This document shows, one piece after another, positions 1 to 11,045 of a stretch of DNA of 64,000 bases. The position numbers and the translations under genes were made by a program. How positions within the stretch are numbered: position 1 is the stretch's first letter; every line of letters starts with the position of its first letter. The DNA lies in NCBI GenBank assembly GCA_041662525.1, contig JBAZSF010000001.1:105383-169382 (forward strand), read 5' to 3'. The stretch is from Minisyncoccota bacterium (GTDB lineage Bacteria > Patescibacteriota > Minisyncoccia > Phycocordibacterales > UBA9973). Below the pieces are notes generated by a model, which saw nothing but the letters and a program-made list of their open reading frames with translations, ran no database searches and was not told where the DNA came from.

Positions 1-409
1 AATGACTACTTCAAAAAATTATGATTCGATGGTCAATCAAGTTACAGAAATCTCAAGATCCTTAAAAAGCTTAGCTAAAGAATTAGACGTGCCGGTGCTA
101 GCTCTTTCTCAGCTTAGTCGTGCAGTAGAATCCCGCGGTGGCAAACCTCGCCTCTCTGACCTTCGCGACTCTGGTTCTATCGAACAGGATGCAGATGTCG
201 TAATGTTTATTCACCGCGAAGACAAAGGAAAAGATGAATCAGAAAAAACAAACATTGCTGAAATTTTAGTAGAAAAACACCGCAACGGTCCGACTGGAAA
301 AGTCGAACTTTATTTCGATGAAAAAACTACTACCTTCTTGAACCTTGAAAAAAGTAGTCTAAGCGAATTTGCCCCATCTAAAATAGGCGGAGGACTGGAT
401 GAATTCTAA
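1..409 (+). CDS. dnaB: Replicative DNA helicase DnaB, C-terminal part (gene starts before window)
   Basis: [30 protein letters not shown] and KHRNGPTG motifs. Confidence 0.97.
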   Translation, partial: MTTSKNYDSMVNQVTEISRSLKSLAKELDVPVLALSQLSRAVESRGGKPRLSDLRDSGSIEQDADVVMFIHREDKGKDESEKTNIAEILVEKHRNGPTGKVELYFDEKTTTFLNLEKSSLSEFAPSKIGGGLDEF

Positions 410-1046
410 AATGGACATTATAGAAAAATTAACTGAAATTTTTAAAGAATTCCCCGGCATTGGAGAGAGACAAGCTAAACGCTTTGTTTATTTTCTGATG
501 TCTAGAAATCCTGCTTATGGTGAAAATTTAGCAGAATTGATAAAAGATTTAAAAAAAGAAACAGCCCAATGTAAAGAGTGTTATAGATTTTTTATTTTAA
601 ATTCCAAAAAAGATAACTTATGTAATAATTGCTCCAGTCCCAATACTGATGCTTCCACGTTAATGATTCTAGAAAAAGATTCTGATCTAGAAAGTATCAA
701 AAAAAGTGGTATCTATCATGGAAAATATTTCATCTTGGGCGGGCTAGTGCCAATAGTTGAAAAAACTACCAAAAGCCGAGTACGAATTGAAGAATTAAAA
801 AAGAAAATTTCTTTGGATAATGATTTAAAAGAAATAATTCTAGCTTTCTCTATAAGCCCACAAGGCAACCATACTGACCAATATGTCCGAGAACAATTAC
901 AGGATATTACAGAGAAATTAAACCCTTCGACTACACTCAGGGCAGGCATAAAAATATCTTCTTTAGGCAAAGGCCTCTCTACTGGCACCGAACTAGAATA
1001 CTCTGACAATGACACTCTCAAAAATGCGCTAAAAAATAGACAATAA
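399..1046 (+). CDS. recR: Recombination mediator RecR
   Basis: [11 protein letters not shown] HhH, C4 zinc finger (CKEC...CNNC), Toprim region, GTELEYSD. Confidence 0.93.
   Translation: MNSKMDIIEKLTEIFKEFPGIGERQAKRFVYFLMSRNPAYGENLAELIKDLKKETAQCKECYRFFILNSKKDNLCNNCSSPNTDASTLMILEKDSDLESIKKSGIYHGKYFILGGLVPIVEKTTKSRVRIEELKKKISLDNDLKEIILAFSISPQGNHTDQYVREQLQDITEKLNPSTTLRAGIKISSLGKGLSTGTELEYSDNDTLKNALKNRQ
923..947 (+). repeat. Family A palindromic element, in frame in recR (PSTTLRAG)
   Basis: cccttcgactacactcagggcaggc; matches five other copies in the window. Confidence 0.8.
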
Positions 1047-1076
1047 AAAAAATCACCGCAACTGGTGATTTTTTTT
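1046..1076. terminator. Bidirectional intrinsic terminator between convergent recR and rplU
   Basis: A-tract tcacc-gcaact-ggtga T-tract. Confidence 0.8.
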
Positions 1077-1401
1077 ATTTTATAGAAGTAATCTTTACTT
1101 TAAAAAATGGTTGGCGGTGGCCGTTGCGTTTTAGATAGCGGGATTTTTGTTTGTATTTTACAACTAGAATTTTTCGGGCACGGCCGATTTCTGCAATTTC
1201 TCCTGCAACTGATGCGCCTTTGATATAAGGTGTGCCAATAGTGGTGTCTTTGCCATCGTCCACAAGTAAAACTTTATCAAAAGACAACTTGTCCCCCTTT
1301 TTATACTCAACCCCAGTTGTCTTTATTTTCTCAATAGAAACAAGGGTCCCCTCTGAGACTTTGTATTGTTTTCCTCCTGTTTGTATAACTGCAAATTCCA
1401 T
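1075..1401 (-). CDS. rplU: 50S ribosomal protein L21
   Basis: FAVIQTGGKQYKV N-terminus, GHRQPF C-terminus. Confidence 0.97.
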   Translation of the reverse strand: MEFAVIQTGGKQYKVSEGTLVSIEKIKTTGVEYKKGDKLSFDKVLLVDDGKDTTIGTPYIKGASVAGEIAEIGRARKILVVKYKQKSRYLKRNGHRQPFFKVKITSIK

Positions 1402-1460
1402 AAATTACATATTATATGAAATTTCACAAAAAAGCAAGACTTTGTTATACTTAATTGCAT

Positions 1461-2468
1461 ATGCAACCAAAAACTATAGAAAAGTATTTTTTCTTCGGAT
1501 TCCTATTTATCATTTTATTTTTCGTTTTTTTAATTTTTCGACCTTTCTGGATTGTACTTGTATTAGGAGCCTCTTTTTCTATAATACTGTTTCCTATATA
1601 TGAATGGCTCAATAGAAAACTTCAAATTTCTTGGTTTGCTTCTCTTTTAACTTTACTCTTTTTCATCGCCGTACTTTGTGCTCCCCTTTTTGGTATTGGA
1701 TCTATAGTCTTTAATCAATCTCAAAATCTTTATCATTCTGTGATAAATAATGGAAATGCTATACCTATTATAAATTCTCTTGGAGAAAAAATTAATCAAA
1801 TATTACCAAGTGGCATAACTTTTGATATAAACGAAAAAATTTCAACTTTCGTTTCTTTTTTAACGAGTAATATTACAAGCATATTCACTTCTACTTTATC
1901 TGTTTTATTCTTATTTGTATTATTACTTTTATCTATTTTTTATTTTTTAAAAGATGGGAAAGAATGGAAGAAGGCAGTGATAAGACTAAGCCCACTTTCA
2001 GATACCGATGATGAAAAAATAATTAGCAAACTTTCACAAACAATAAATAGCGTAATGAAAGGAACTCTTTTTATTGCTCTTGTCCAAGGTATTTTAATGG
2101 GTCTAGGTCTTACTATTTTTGGTGTACAACATGCGGCAATATGGGGTGTAGTGGCAGCTATAACCTCACTGATACCATCTATCGGCACCGCAATGGTTTC
2201 TATCCCAGCTATAATTTTTCTTTTTGCCACAGATCACATCATCTCCGCTATTGGTCTTATGATATGGGCGATACTCGTAGTCGGAACAGTTGATAATTTC
2301 TTAACTCCATACATAATTGGAAAAAAAATAAACATTCCACCATTTATAATTCTTTTTTCTGTTTTAGGTGGAATTGCTCTCTTGGGTCCTGTTGGTATCT
2401 TGATAGGTCCACTTGCGGTGAGTTTACTCTATGTATTAATTGAAATATATCAAAACAAATTTGAGTAA
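1461..2468 (+). CDS. AI-2E family (PerM-like) membrane transporter
   Basis: Multiple TM helices; DNFLTPYIIG and GGIALLGPVGILIGP motifs; ATG at 1461 follows TGnTATACT. Confidence 0.85.
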   Translation: MQPKTIEKYFFFGFLFIILFFVFLIFRPFWIVLVLGASFSIILFPIYEWLNRKLQISWFASLLTLLFFIAVLCAPLFGIGSIVFNQSQNLYHSVINNGNAIPIINSLGEKINQILPSGITFDINEKISTFVSFLTSNITSIFTSTLSVLFLFVLLLLSIFYFLKDGKEWKKAVIRLSPLSDTDDEKIISKLSQTINSVMKGTLFIALVQGILMGLGLTIFGVQHAAIWGVVAAITSLIPSIGTAMVSIPAIIFLFATDHIISAIGLMIWAILVVGTVDNFLTPYIIGKKINIPPFIILFSVLGGIALLGPVGILIGPLAVSLLYVLIEIYQNKFE

Positions 2469-2490
2469 CAAGATAAATATAAGATAAATA

Positions 2491-3870
2491 ATGCCATTAA
2501 AATTTTACAACACTCTAACACGAGAAAAAGAAATCTTTACTCCGATTGATCAAAAAGAAGTTCGTATGTATTCCTGTGGTCCAACAGTTTACAATTATAC
2601 CCATATAGGTAATTTGCGTTCTTTCTTTTTTGCTGATCTAATACGTCGTGCTCTTCGATATGAAGGATTTAAAGTAAAGCAAATAATGAATATTACAGAT
2701 ATAGGACATCTCTCTAGTGATGCGGATTCTGGTGAAGATAAAATGACCAAAGGGCTTTTGCGCGAGGGAAAAGAATTAACTCTCGAAAATATGCGTGAGC
2801 TTGCCGAATTTTATACTGAAAGTTTTCGAGCAGATTTAAAAGCATTAAATATCGAAATACCTTCGGGAATGTATTTTGCTAGTGATTATGTAAAAGAAGA
2901 TATCGAACTAATCCAAAAATTAAAAGAAAGAGAATATGCCTATAGCACTAATGATGGTGTATATTTTGATATTTCAAAAATGCCAGACTATGGAGCGCTT
3001 TGGGGTGGTAAAAGAGATTGGAACAAAGAAGGTGCGCGGGTAAATGAAAATTCAGAGAAAAGAAATCCGGAAGATTTTGCTCTTTGGAAATTTAGCAACT
3101 CCATCGGCTTCGAATCCCCTTTTGGCAAGGGTTTCCCAGGTTGGCACATTGAATGTTCAGCTATGGGATTAAAATTTTTAGGAGAACAATTTGATATTCA
3201 CACTGGAGGGATCGATTTAGTTCCGACTCATCACACCAACGAAATAGCTCAATCAGAATGCGCAACGGGTAAAAAACCTTTTGTTAAATTTTGGATGCAC
3301 AGTGAATTTGTTGATACTGGAAATGAAAAAATGTCTAAATCAGCAAATAATTTTTTAAGATTAGATAGCTTGCTTGAAAAAAGCATAAACCCAATAACAT
3401 ATAGATTCTGGCTTTTAATGGCTAGCTACCGCACAAAGGTTAACTTTAGTTGGGAAGCACTAGAAGCATCTGAAACAGCCCTAAAACGCTTATATGGGCT
3501 ATATTTAGAGTTGGGTGATGAGCATGGGCACATACACAAAGAATACCAGAATAAATTCAAAGAATACCTGGAGGATGATCTAGATACCCCACGGGCATTG
3601 TCTTTATTGTGGGATGTTATGAAAGATAAAAACATGTCCGATGGTGATAAAAAAGCTACTATTCTTGATTTTGATAAAGTCCTCGGGCTTGGTTTTGAAA
3701 ATTTAAAAGAAGAAAAAATTCCTGAAGAAATTAAAAAGCTTGTAGATCTGCGTGAAGAAGCCCGTAATAATAAAGATTTTAAAAAATCTGATGAATTACG
3801 AGATAAAATAAATTCTCTTGGTTATGAAGTGAAAGATACTTCTGAAGGTCAAAAAGTTTCCAAGACTTAA
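2491..3870 (+). CDS. cysS: Cysteine--tRNA ligase
   Basis: YSCGPTVY, HIGN, DFALWK, GFPGWHIECS, KMSKS. Confidence 0.97.
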   Translation: MPLKFYNTLTREKEIFTPIDQKEVRMYSCGPTVYNYTHIGNLRSFFFADLIRRALRYEGFKVKQIMNITDIGHLSSDADSGEDKMTKGLLREGKELTLENMRELAEFYTESFRADLKALNIEIPSGMYFASDYVKEDIELIQKLKEREYAYSTNDGVYFDISKMPDYGALWGGKRDWNKEGARVNENSEKRNPEDFALWKFSNSIGFESPFGKGFPGWHIECSAMGLKFLGEQFDIHTGGIDLVPTHHTNEIAQSECATGKKPFVKFWMHSEFVDTGNEKMSKSANNFLRLDSLLEKSINPITYRFWLLMASYRTKVNFSWEALEASETALKRLYGLYLELGDEHGHIHKEYQNKFKEYLEDDLDTPRALSLLWDVMKDKNMSDGDKKATILDFDKVLGLGFENLKEEKIPEEIKKLVDLREEARNNKDFKKSDELRDKINSLGYEVKDTSEGQKVSKT

Positions 3871-4448
3871 TTTATTTTGAAAATCTTTTTACGGTAAATA
3901 CAAAAAGCTATTATTATATTTATTGCTATATTGTAAATTCCAAAAGAATAAATAGTAAAAATCCAATTCTTTATAATGAATAATCCTAAAATATTATTAA
4001 AAATGCCCGAAAAATAAACAGTAGACGTTTCGGTTTCCGGAAATTTCCAAGATTTTATAATAGTCGGAACAGCTGCCAAACCATCACTTAATATTGCAAA
4101 TAAAATTGAAATTCCAAGATTGTGAGTAAAGATATAAAAGACTAAAGCTAAAAAAGAAAGTATCCCACAAACTATGTCCAATCTATTTATTTCCCAAATA
4201 GAATTTTTCCTAAAAAGAGAAACGATTATCACTACCACAGGTCCAAACCCAGCTAAAAAAACTGGAAGTACAGAAAGACCAGCTCCGGCTTTAAGCTGAA
4301 AAAATACAGCAATAAGTGGAGCTAGTGCCCAAAGAATCCAAGAAACTAAATTCGGTTTAGTATTACCGTAAAATATATTTTTAAAATAAAAAAAGTACGC
4401 GATTAAGCTAACGATCACTCCGATATAAATAATATTTTCTGGAAGCAT
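3867..4448 (-). CDS. Integral membrane protein, possibly PQ-loop/SemiSWEET-like
   Basis: About 6-7 hydrophobic helices, PTIIKSWKFP motif; function not assignable. Confidence 0.55.
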   Translation of the reverse strand: MLPENIIYIGVIVSLIAYFFYFKNIFYGNTKPNLVSWILWALAPLIAVFFQLKAGAGLSVLPVFLAGFGPVVVIIVSLFRKNSIWEINRLDIVCGILSFLALVFYIFTHNLGISILFAILSDGLAAVPTIIKSWKFPETETSTVYFSGIFNNILGLFIIKNWIFTIYSFGIYNIAINIIIAFCIYRKKIFKIN

Positions 4449-4452
4449 TTTT

Positions 4453-5553
4453 TTAAATACCTTCTTTTTTAAGTTCTTCTATAATTTCTCTTGATTTGCG
4501 AGAAAGTTTTGATGGTAATTTGATGTTTAATTTTATTAATAAATCCCCTCTTTTGTTTTTTGCAAAAGGTACTCCTTTGCCACGCACACGTAAAATTTCA
4601 TTTATGGAAACTCCTTCTGGAATCGTTACTTCTATTTCTCCATCTAAAGTTTGGATAGGATATTTAACTCCGAGCAAGGCATCAGAAAGTTTTAAATTTA
4701 AATTCATTACTAGATCATTTCCCTCTCGTTTAAACACAGGATGCGGAGCTACATTTATTTTTATATAAAGATCTCCTGTGGTTCCTTTTGAAACTGCTTC
4801 ACCATAACCCGTCATCCGAATCATCTCACCATCACGGATGCCTGCAGGGATAGCAATAGAAACTTCTTCTTCGCGACGAAGCACTCCTTTGCCTTTGCAT
4901 TTATCACAAATTTCTTTTGGTACTTCACCTGCACCTAAACAAACTTCACAGATTTTTGTACTAGCAATATTGCCAAAAATTGTTCTTTTAGATTCACGAA
5001 TTTTCCCCTGACCATTGCAATGTTTGCAGGTTTCCATTTTAGTTCCAGCTTTCGCACCAGAGCCTCCACATGTCTGACATGTGGAAGTTTTAGTAATTAA
5101 AACTTTTCTAGTTATACCAAAAATAGAATCAGCAAAAGAAATCTGAATCTCGGTGGAAATATCTCTTCCTCGACGTGTTTCTTGTCTTCCTCCTCCCATT
5201 CCACCGCCGAAAAAATCACTAAAAATATCATTGAGATTACCCATATCAAAATCTGCCCCACCGTTTTGGAAACCTGAAAAGTCAAAACCTCCGAAACCTC
5301 CTTGCTGTTGTCCTCCACCATACCCTCCTTGTTGCCCCATATTTTCAAAACCTGATCCATACTGATCATATTTTGAGCGTTTAGTATCATCAGAAAGTAC
5401 TTGATAAGCTTCATTTGCTTGTTTAAATTTTGCTTCATTACCATCTTTTTTATCAGGATGATATTTTTGCGCCAACTTATAAAAAGCCTTCTTTATTTCT
5501 TCTTTGGAGGCAGTTTTATTTACACCTAAAATGTTATAATAGTCTTTGTTCAT
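4453..5553 (-). CDS. dnaJ: Chaperone DnaJ
   Basis: J-domain HPD, G/F-rich linker, four CxxCxGxG repeats; start MNKDYY at 5553 (in-frame upstream ATG at 5571). Confidence 0.97.
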   Translation of the reverse strand: MNKDYYNILGVNKTASKEEIKKAFYKLAQKYHPDKKDGNEAKFKQANEAYQVLSDDTKRSKYDQYGSGFENMGQQGGYGGGQQQGGFGGFDFSGFQNGGADFDMGNLNDIFSDFFGGGMGGGRQETRRGRDISTEIQISFADSIFGITRKVLITKTSTCQTCGGSGAKAGTKMETCKHCNGQGKIRESKRTIFGNIASTKICEVCLGAGEVPKEICDKCKGKGVLRREEEVSIAIPAGIRDGEMIRMTGYGEAVSKGTTGDLYIKINVAPHPVFKREGNDLVMNLNLKLSDALLGVKYPIQTLDGEIEVTIPEGVSINEILRVRGKGVPFAKNKRGDLLIKLNIKLPSKLSRKSREIIEELKKEGI

Positions 5554-5554
5554 A

Positions 5555-5599
5555 TGATTTTGCAAAATCATGCCGCGTAATTGTCCTTTAAAACGTAGC
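5555..5599. repeat. 45-nt double-hairpin motif, copy 1 (directly 5' of dnaJ ATG)
   Basis: 35/45 identical to 47980-48024, with two compensatory pair changes. Confidence 0.75.
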
Positions 5600-5610
5600 T
5601 ATTTTGGCTA

Positions 5611-7113
5611 TTATATCATAGGTTCGGCCTCTTGTGAAGTTTTAGTTTTTATTTCAGAATCATCTTCTTTACTCTCTCCTTCCTCACTTGTTTCTTTTGA
5701 TTTTCTTTTAGCTCTTCCTTCAATAATCGCTTTTTCTTCTGCACTTCGAATAATAGTAGCTTCTTCTTCAGCAATGAGTTTCGCCGCATCACCTTTTGGT
5801 ATTGAATATTTCCTACGAGACGATGCTATAACCTCCTCTCTATAAGATGGATGTGTGGGTGGTAGAATTCGTAGAGTTTCCGCAGAAAATGGATCATAGG
5901 ATTCACCATCAATAGTCATTTTAATATAAAATTCTCCAACTGCGAGATTGATCATGTCTTTCACATCAAAAAGTGGCGCAAATTCTGGTTTCATTTTAAC
6001 TGCATCTTCACCACCAATACGAAAAGTAATAACACTTCCACAATTACCAAGCACGGCTTGATGAATTTTAGGTAAAATTTGCCCGACATACTGATGCGCC
6101 ATGGTTAAATTCAGCGCATATTTTCTCGCCTCTGATAAAATATTTTCAAAAGTCTGAGTAACTACATTTTGAAACTCATCTACGTATAAATAAAAGTCTG
6201 TACGATCTTTTTCTGGGATAGCGGCACGCTCCATGCCGGCTTGTTTTATTTTTGTCAAAAACATGGAACCAAGAAATGAAGAATTCTCTTCCCCCAGACG
6301 GCCCTTGGAAAGATTAATTAAAATAATTTTTTGTTCATTCATCAATTTACTAATATCAATCTTATTTTGCTTTTGTCCAAAAATATTTCGAAGCAATGGA
6401 TCAGATAAAAATTGCCCAAGCTTATTTACAAGCGGAATGATCGCGTCAGTGTCGAATTTCTCAGACCAATCAGCGAATTCAATAGCGAAGAATCTTTTAA
6501 CCATGTCATCTGTAATATATTCCACCACCTTCTGTCTGTAATTTCTGTCGGTCAACATTGAGATCATTCCTCGCATCGTAGCGTGCGGATAGTCGAGCAG
6601 GGCCAAACAAGTAAAACGAAAAACGTGTTCTAGGCGTGGTGTCCAGTTTGCTCCGAATTGTTTTTGAAAAACTTCGATCAATCCCTGTGTTAATTGAAAT
6701 TTAAATAATGGATCAACATTTGCTAAAGGATTGAAAGAAGCTGGGAAATCTAAATCTGTAGGGTCGATAATGCAAACATCTTCGATACGTTCTTTTGGGA
6801 TATAATCAAGAATTGCGTTTATTTCATCTCCGTGCGGATCAATCAAACAGATACCATGACCATAGGTAATATCTTGACGCATAAAAAGCTCAAGTAATTT
6901 ACTTTTTCCAACACCGGACTTTCCAATAATATAAAGATGCCTTCGGCGATCTACTCTTTTAATACCAAAAACAAATTTCTTTTCTTCTAATGAAGCGACA
7001 TAATTTGTTCGCCCAATAAAAGAAGCGTCCTCAGGGTTAACTTTACCAAAAACTGGTAATTCTGGTGGTGGTGGTCCGTATTTTATTATTTGCACTCGAT
7101 TCAGCTTGGACAT
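5611..7113 (-). CDS. VirB4/TraG-TraD/HerA-like P-loop ATPase (T4SS coupling-protein-like)
   Basis: DRRRH, Walker A GKSGVGKS, IDPHGD, Walker B YLYVDEFQ, SEARKY. Confidence 0.85.
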   Translation of the reverse strand: MSKLNRVQIIKYGPPPPELPVFGKVNPEDASFIGRTNYVASLEEKKFVFGIKRVDRRRHLYIIGKSGVGKSKLLELFMRQDITYGHGICLIDPHGDEINAILDYIPKERIEDVCIIDPTDLDFPASFNPLANVDPLFKFQLTQGLIEVFQKQFGANWTPRLEHVFRFTCLALLDYPHATMRGMISMLTDRNYRQKVVEYITDDMVKRFFAIEFADWSEKFDTDAIIPLVNKLGQFLSDPLLRNIFGQKQNKIDISKLMNEQKIILINLSKGRLGEENSSFLGSMFLTKIKQAGMERAAIPEKDRTDFYLYVDEFQNVVTQTFENILSEARKYALNLTMAHQYVGQILPKIHQAVLGNCGSVITFRIGGEDAVKMKPEFAPLFDVKDMINLAVGEFYIKMTIDGESYDPFSAETLRILPPTHPSYREEVIASSRRKYSIPKGDAAKLIAEEEATIIRSAEEKAIIEGRAKRKSKETSEEGESKEDDSEIKTKTSQEAEPMI

Positions 7114-7137
7114 ATATTAGTTATTTTAACATAAAAT

Positions 7138-8889
7138 CTAGTAAACCTCTTGCTGATAACATTTTTCGCAATACACTATTTCAGGGCGATCGGGAGCATA
7201 GCTCGTCTCAAACTCTATCTCGCACTTACTTGCTCCATGAGAATGATTTGGTTTAGTACACATACAAGACCTATGCCAGAGTTTCATAGGATTACGCATT
7301 TTCAACCTATTTTCATGACGACACAAAAAACATAACCTAGGTAAAGGTACTCCAAGTTTTCGATATAAATTTAATTCATCTATAGTAATTTTATAAGCCC
7401 CTCTACAATAATTACTGAATTTTCCTTTATTTCCACATCCAATAATTTCTTTTGTAATAGAATTTTTAACATCATCTAAATTATCAGGAAAATTTTTTGA
7501 TTCAATTGTTGTTTTATATTCATTTCCTGATCTTTCACGCCATCGATATCCCATTTTAAGTGCCTGTTCCTTCTCTATGGGAAAATAATCTTGTGCCTGA
7601 GTTTCATTGTAGCAAAAAGTAGAAAGTTCACTGGGAAAAAATTCTCCATATTTGTATATAATTCCTCTCTTGTCCACATAGGGTACTTCATTCATTTGTT
7701 CTTTGATTTTTGGAATTAATTTTTCATATTCTTCTTTAAAGTATTGTTTGTTTAAAATACAATATTTTTTATTTCGCACACCAATACAACCAAATAAATT
7801 TGAAGACCCGTGGCAATTAAAAGAATACTCAATATCATTTGAACCATAGATCACACTGCCAAAAAGATTGCGAAAACCGCCTATTCCTGTATCAAATACC
7901 TCATAAAGCATTTCGCCTTCCCCTACTCCAGGCCCAGAATCATAAGCATCTTTAAGACTTTTTACTGACCAATGTGAATATTTTGAATCTTCAATTTGTC
8001 CATTTGCATCAAAACAAATTTTGCAATTTTTTGTACCTTCTAAGTTATCACCTGTTGAATTTACCACCTTTATTTGAACAGCAAAGCGATGCAATGAATT
8101 AAGATATAATTCTTTAAACTTATTTTTAAGTTCTAAAATAGTTTTATAATCTTTAAGATTATATTCAGCTAATTTTCTGTGATATTCTTCCCTAGAAAGC
8201 TGTTCATTCCACATGCAATATGATTTATTGCGCAAATTAGTACAACCAAAACAATCTGTGCATCCTACGCAATCATAAAGAAAATATGAATCTACGCAAC
8301 TTTTACAATTCAGAGAATAAAGTAAATGATAACTGTCCGAACAAATTACATCTTCATAACAAAGCTCAGAACGATTGACAACATATAAATCTGCAGAATC
8401 TTTTGTCCCGGTAATTCTATTAGAATACAAAGTTCTTTCTATTCTCCATGAACCAGAACACATATAGCAGTCCTTGCTAGCTTCTGCGATATTACAATAA
8501 TCGCTATTTGTTGCATTTACATTTGAAAGGGCTTGGAGGGGAATATTATTTCTTAAATTTTTCCACTGTTCAAAAAAAGGTTTAGAAAAATCATATTCTT
8601 TGCCATAAGAAAGCGGATCCCAGCCATCTCCCCACCAAGCATCAGCACAATACACAGTAAGTTTTTCTTCTGGAGGTAAAAAAGAAATAAGCATTTCGTC
8701 ATGACCTGGCGCATCACATTTTCTTTTGAACAAAGACATCTCGTTACGCCAAGTTATACGTCTGATAGTTCTGCATTCCGGACAAAAAGTCGGAGGTGGA
8801 ACTTTCATCTTTTTATAAAAGTTAAAATCCTCTAGTTCGATGACAAAGTCTTGTTTACAATTTTGGCAATTTTTAGTTTCAGAATTCAT
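7138..8889 (-). CDS. Large Cys-rich repeat protein with terminal zinc ribbons (paralogue 1)
   Basis: CQNC...PPPTFCPECR N-terminus, CxxCFGCxxLRNKxYC repeats, C-terminal YCEKCY. Confidence 0.8.
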   Translation of the reverse strand: MNSETKNCQNCKQDFVIELEDFNFYKKMKVPPPTFCPECRTIRRITWRNEMSLFKRKCDAPGHDEMLISFLPPEEKLTVYCADAWWGDGWDPLSYGKEYDFSKPFFEQWKNLRNNIPLQALSNVNATNSDYCNIAEASKDCYMCSGSWRIERTLYSNRITGTKDSADLYVVNRSELCYEDVICSDSYHLLYSLNCKSCVDSYFLYDCVGCTDCFGCTNLRNKSYCMWNEQLSREEYHRKLAEYNLKDYKTILELKNKFKELYLNSLHRFAVQIKVVNSTGDNLEGTKNCKICFDANGQIEDSKYSHWSVKSLKDAYDSGPGVGEGEMLYEVFDTGIGGFRNLFGSVIYGSNDIEYSFNCHGSSNLFGCIGVRNKKYCILNKQYFKEEYEKLIPKIKEQMNEVPYVDKRGIIYKYGEFFPSELSTFCYNETQAQDYFPIEKEQALKMGYRWRERSGNEYKTTIESKNFPDNLDDVKNSITKEIIGCGNKGKFSNYCRGAYKITIDELNLYRKLGVPLPRLCFLCRHENRLKMRNPMKLWHRSCMCTKPNHSHGASKCEIEFETSYAPDRPEIVYCEKCYQQEVY

Positions 8890-8890
8890 G

Positions 8891-10894
8891 CTATTCCAAA
8901 ATTTTTCTTAAAACATCTTCGGGAACTTCCTTTGTTGCTGGTTTTTGAGGTATAGGAGTTGCCGAAGGTGAAGCCGTAGGTCCTGAGTTTGTCGAAGGAG
9001 TGATTTTTTCCTCAATCAAATCTTTTAATTTATTCATATCTTCTGCTGTGGCTGCACGATCTACGCCTATTGGACGAGCAGGTTTTTTTACTTCTTGCAT
9101 TTTATTTTTTAAAGAATCGAGCGAAATAGGAGTTGGGGTTGAAATAGGTGCTGGGGTAGATTTAGCTTCTACCACTACTTTATTTAAAACATCCTTTAAT
9201 GCTGAGGTATCCCTATTTATTGGATAAGTTGACTTGGGCCTGACTGGATAAGTAGGTGTAGGTTTAATTGGGGCTGGTTTGGTAAATACTTTTTTAAAAG
9301 TCTTAATTATTCCAGCAGGTTTTACAGGGGCGGTAGTTTGTTGAAATTCGATACCTAAATCAGCTAGTGGTTTATAAAATTTAGATTCATCATATTTGAT
9401 TTGATCTTGTCCCCTTTTTTCCACCTTTACTTCTCCGGATTTTATTTTTGCAATACATTCTTTACAATAAGCTGCTCGGCCCGGCTCAGGTTTAAAGGGC
9501 ACTGTTTTTTCTAGTTTACAAAGCGAACAAATTACTGGAAATTTTTCTATATTTCCATTGGTAGTATATGTATCACTACCTAATGACATTCCGCTCCATT
9601 CATTAATTTCTCGCTCCACTACCTCCCTAGACCTACAATAAATGGCACGGGAAGATTGTATTACTGCTTCTTCTATTTTTTTATCCCCAGACTTTACCAT
9701 GGGTGGTAAAGTCTTAGCGGAGAATGGACGGGATGTCACACCATCAATCATTAACTTTAAATAAATTTTATAGTTCGGCAAATTAACAATATCTCCCGGA
9801 GTAAATTCTGGATCAAATTCTTTTTCCAAAAAGTCTGCATCGTCCGAACCAACTCTAAAAACTATCATTGTACCTACGTTACCAAAGACAGCATCACGCA
9901 CCGCAGAGCTTTTATCCACCACGAGCTGTGCAGTATACTGATGCGCCACAGTTAGATTTAGTCTGTACTTTCTAGCTTCAGACAAAATACCAGCAAAAGC
10001 ATCTGTCACAAAGTTTTGGAATTCGTCCACATAGAGATAAAAATCTTTTCGATGTTCTTCGGGAATACGCACGCGTTCCATGGCGGCAAGTTGAATCTTA
10101 GTAATGATCATCCCACCCAAAAGCCCAGAATTGTCTTCACCGATGCGTCCTTTGGAAACGTTCACTAGAAATATCTTCCCATCATTCATAATATCAAAAA
10201 TATTAATAGTACTTTTAGATTGACCGACTACGTTTCGAATAATAGAAGTAGAAAGAAATTGTCCGACTTTATTTTGAATCGGAGCGATAGCTTCATTGCG
10301 AAATTTGTCTTGCCAAGCTTCATATTCATGCACCCAAAAAGCTTTGATCACGGGATCTTTTAAATTAGCAATTATTTTTTGACGATAATCCTTGTCCACC
10401 AGCATTCTAGGGATTCCCAAAAGCGTCGTCCCGGGAGTATCTAGCAATGCTAAAATACAATTATTCAAAATGTATTCCATTCGAGCACTCCAAGCATTCG
10501 CCCAGATTTTAGTAAAAATACCCATGAGTCCAGACGCCACTAAATGTTTATATTGCGGATCAATTAATTCTAAAACATTAAAACCAATATGGTAGTCCAC
10601 ATCTGCGGGATTAAAATAAACTACGTCTTTCATGCGCTCCGGCGGAATAGCAGACAAAACTCCTTCGACGAGTTCCCCGTGCGGATCAACCACACAAACA
10701 CCTTCACCGTTCTGAATATTCTGAATGATCATATTAAACATCAATACAGATTTACCCGAACCAGATTTTCCAAGAATATAAACATGCTGACGTCTGTCCT
10801 TGCGCTTGATACCAAAGAGCTGATTTTTATCACGAAAAGTTGTGAGCCCAAGATAAGTAATTTCTCTATTTATAGGTATTTCTGGAAGTTCCAT
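8891..10894 (-). CDS. VirB4/TraG-like ATPase with CxxC-x17-CxxC zinc ribbon and Pro/Thr-rich tail
   Basis: GKSGSGKS, VDPHGE, YLYVDEFQ, SEARKY; CSLC-x17-CKEC. Confidence 0.85.
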   Translation of the reverse strand: MELPEIPINREITYLGLTTFRDKNQLFGIKRKDRRQHVYILGKSGSGKSVLMFNMIIQNIQNGEGVCVVDPHGELVEGVLSAIPPERMKDVVYFNPADVDYHIGFNVLELIDPQYKHLVASGLMGIFTKIWANAWSARMEYILNNCILALLDTPGTTLLGIPRMLVDKDYRQKIIANLKDPVIKAFWVHEYEAWQDKFRNEAIAPIQNKVGQFLSTSIIRNVVGQSKSTINIFDIMNDGKIFLVNVSKGRIGEDNSGLLGGMIITKIQLAAMERVRIPEEHRKDFYLYVDEFQNFVTDAFAGILSEARKYRLNLTVAHQYTAQLVVDKSSAVRDAVFGNVGTMIVFRVGSDDADFLEKEFDPEFTPGDIVNLPNYKIYLKLMIDGVTSRPFSAKTLPPMVKSGDKKIEEAVIQSSRAIYCRSREVVEREINEWSGMSLGSDTYTTNGNIEKFPVICSLCKLEKTVPFKPEPGRAAYCKECIAKIKSGEVKVEKRGQDQIKYDESKFYKPLADLGIEFQQTTAPVKPAGIIKTFKKVFTKPAPIKPTPTYPVRPKSTYPINRDTSALKDVLNKVVVEAKSTPAPISTPTPISLDSLKNKMQEVKKPARPIGVDRAATAEDMNKLKDLIEEKITPSTNSGPTASPSATPIPQKPATKEVPEDVLRKILE
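8979..8999 (-). repeat. Family A palindromic element in frame in ATPase tail (PSTNSGP)
   Basis: Reverse complement tccttcgacaaactcaggacc. Confidence 0.7.
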
Positions 10895-10928
10895 ATAGTA
10901 TATATTTTACAACAAAATCACAAAAACA

Positions 10929-10950
10929 AAAAGCCCCTTATGGGGCTTTT
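10929..10950 (-). terminator. Intrinsic terminator downstream of dnaK
   Basis: aaaagcccc-ttat-ggggctttt. Confidence 0.75.
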
Positions 10951-10951
10951 C

Positions 10952-11045
10952 AAAAAATTTAGAAAATAATTTTTTTGAACGGTCTGGCTGGGGTGGGACC
11001 CAGAGAACCGAGGACCTGAGAAAAAATTGATTTTCTAAATTTTTT
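10952..11045. repeat. Long hairpin element with 15-bp perfect terminal inverted repeat and GC-rich core
   Basis: aaaaaatttagaaaa ... ttttctaaatttttt; inner ggtc/gacc. Confidence 0.7.

Noticed and set aside
5611-10894. Integrative conjugative element
   Set aside because: No relaxase, integrase or att boundaries; the genes are embedded between dnaK and dnaJ with host-like composition.
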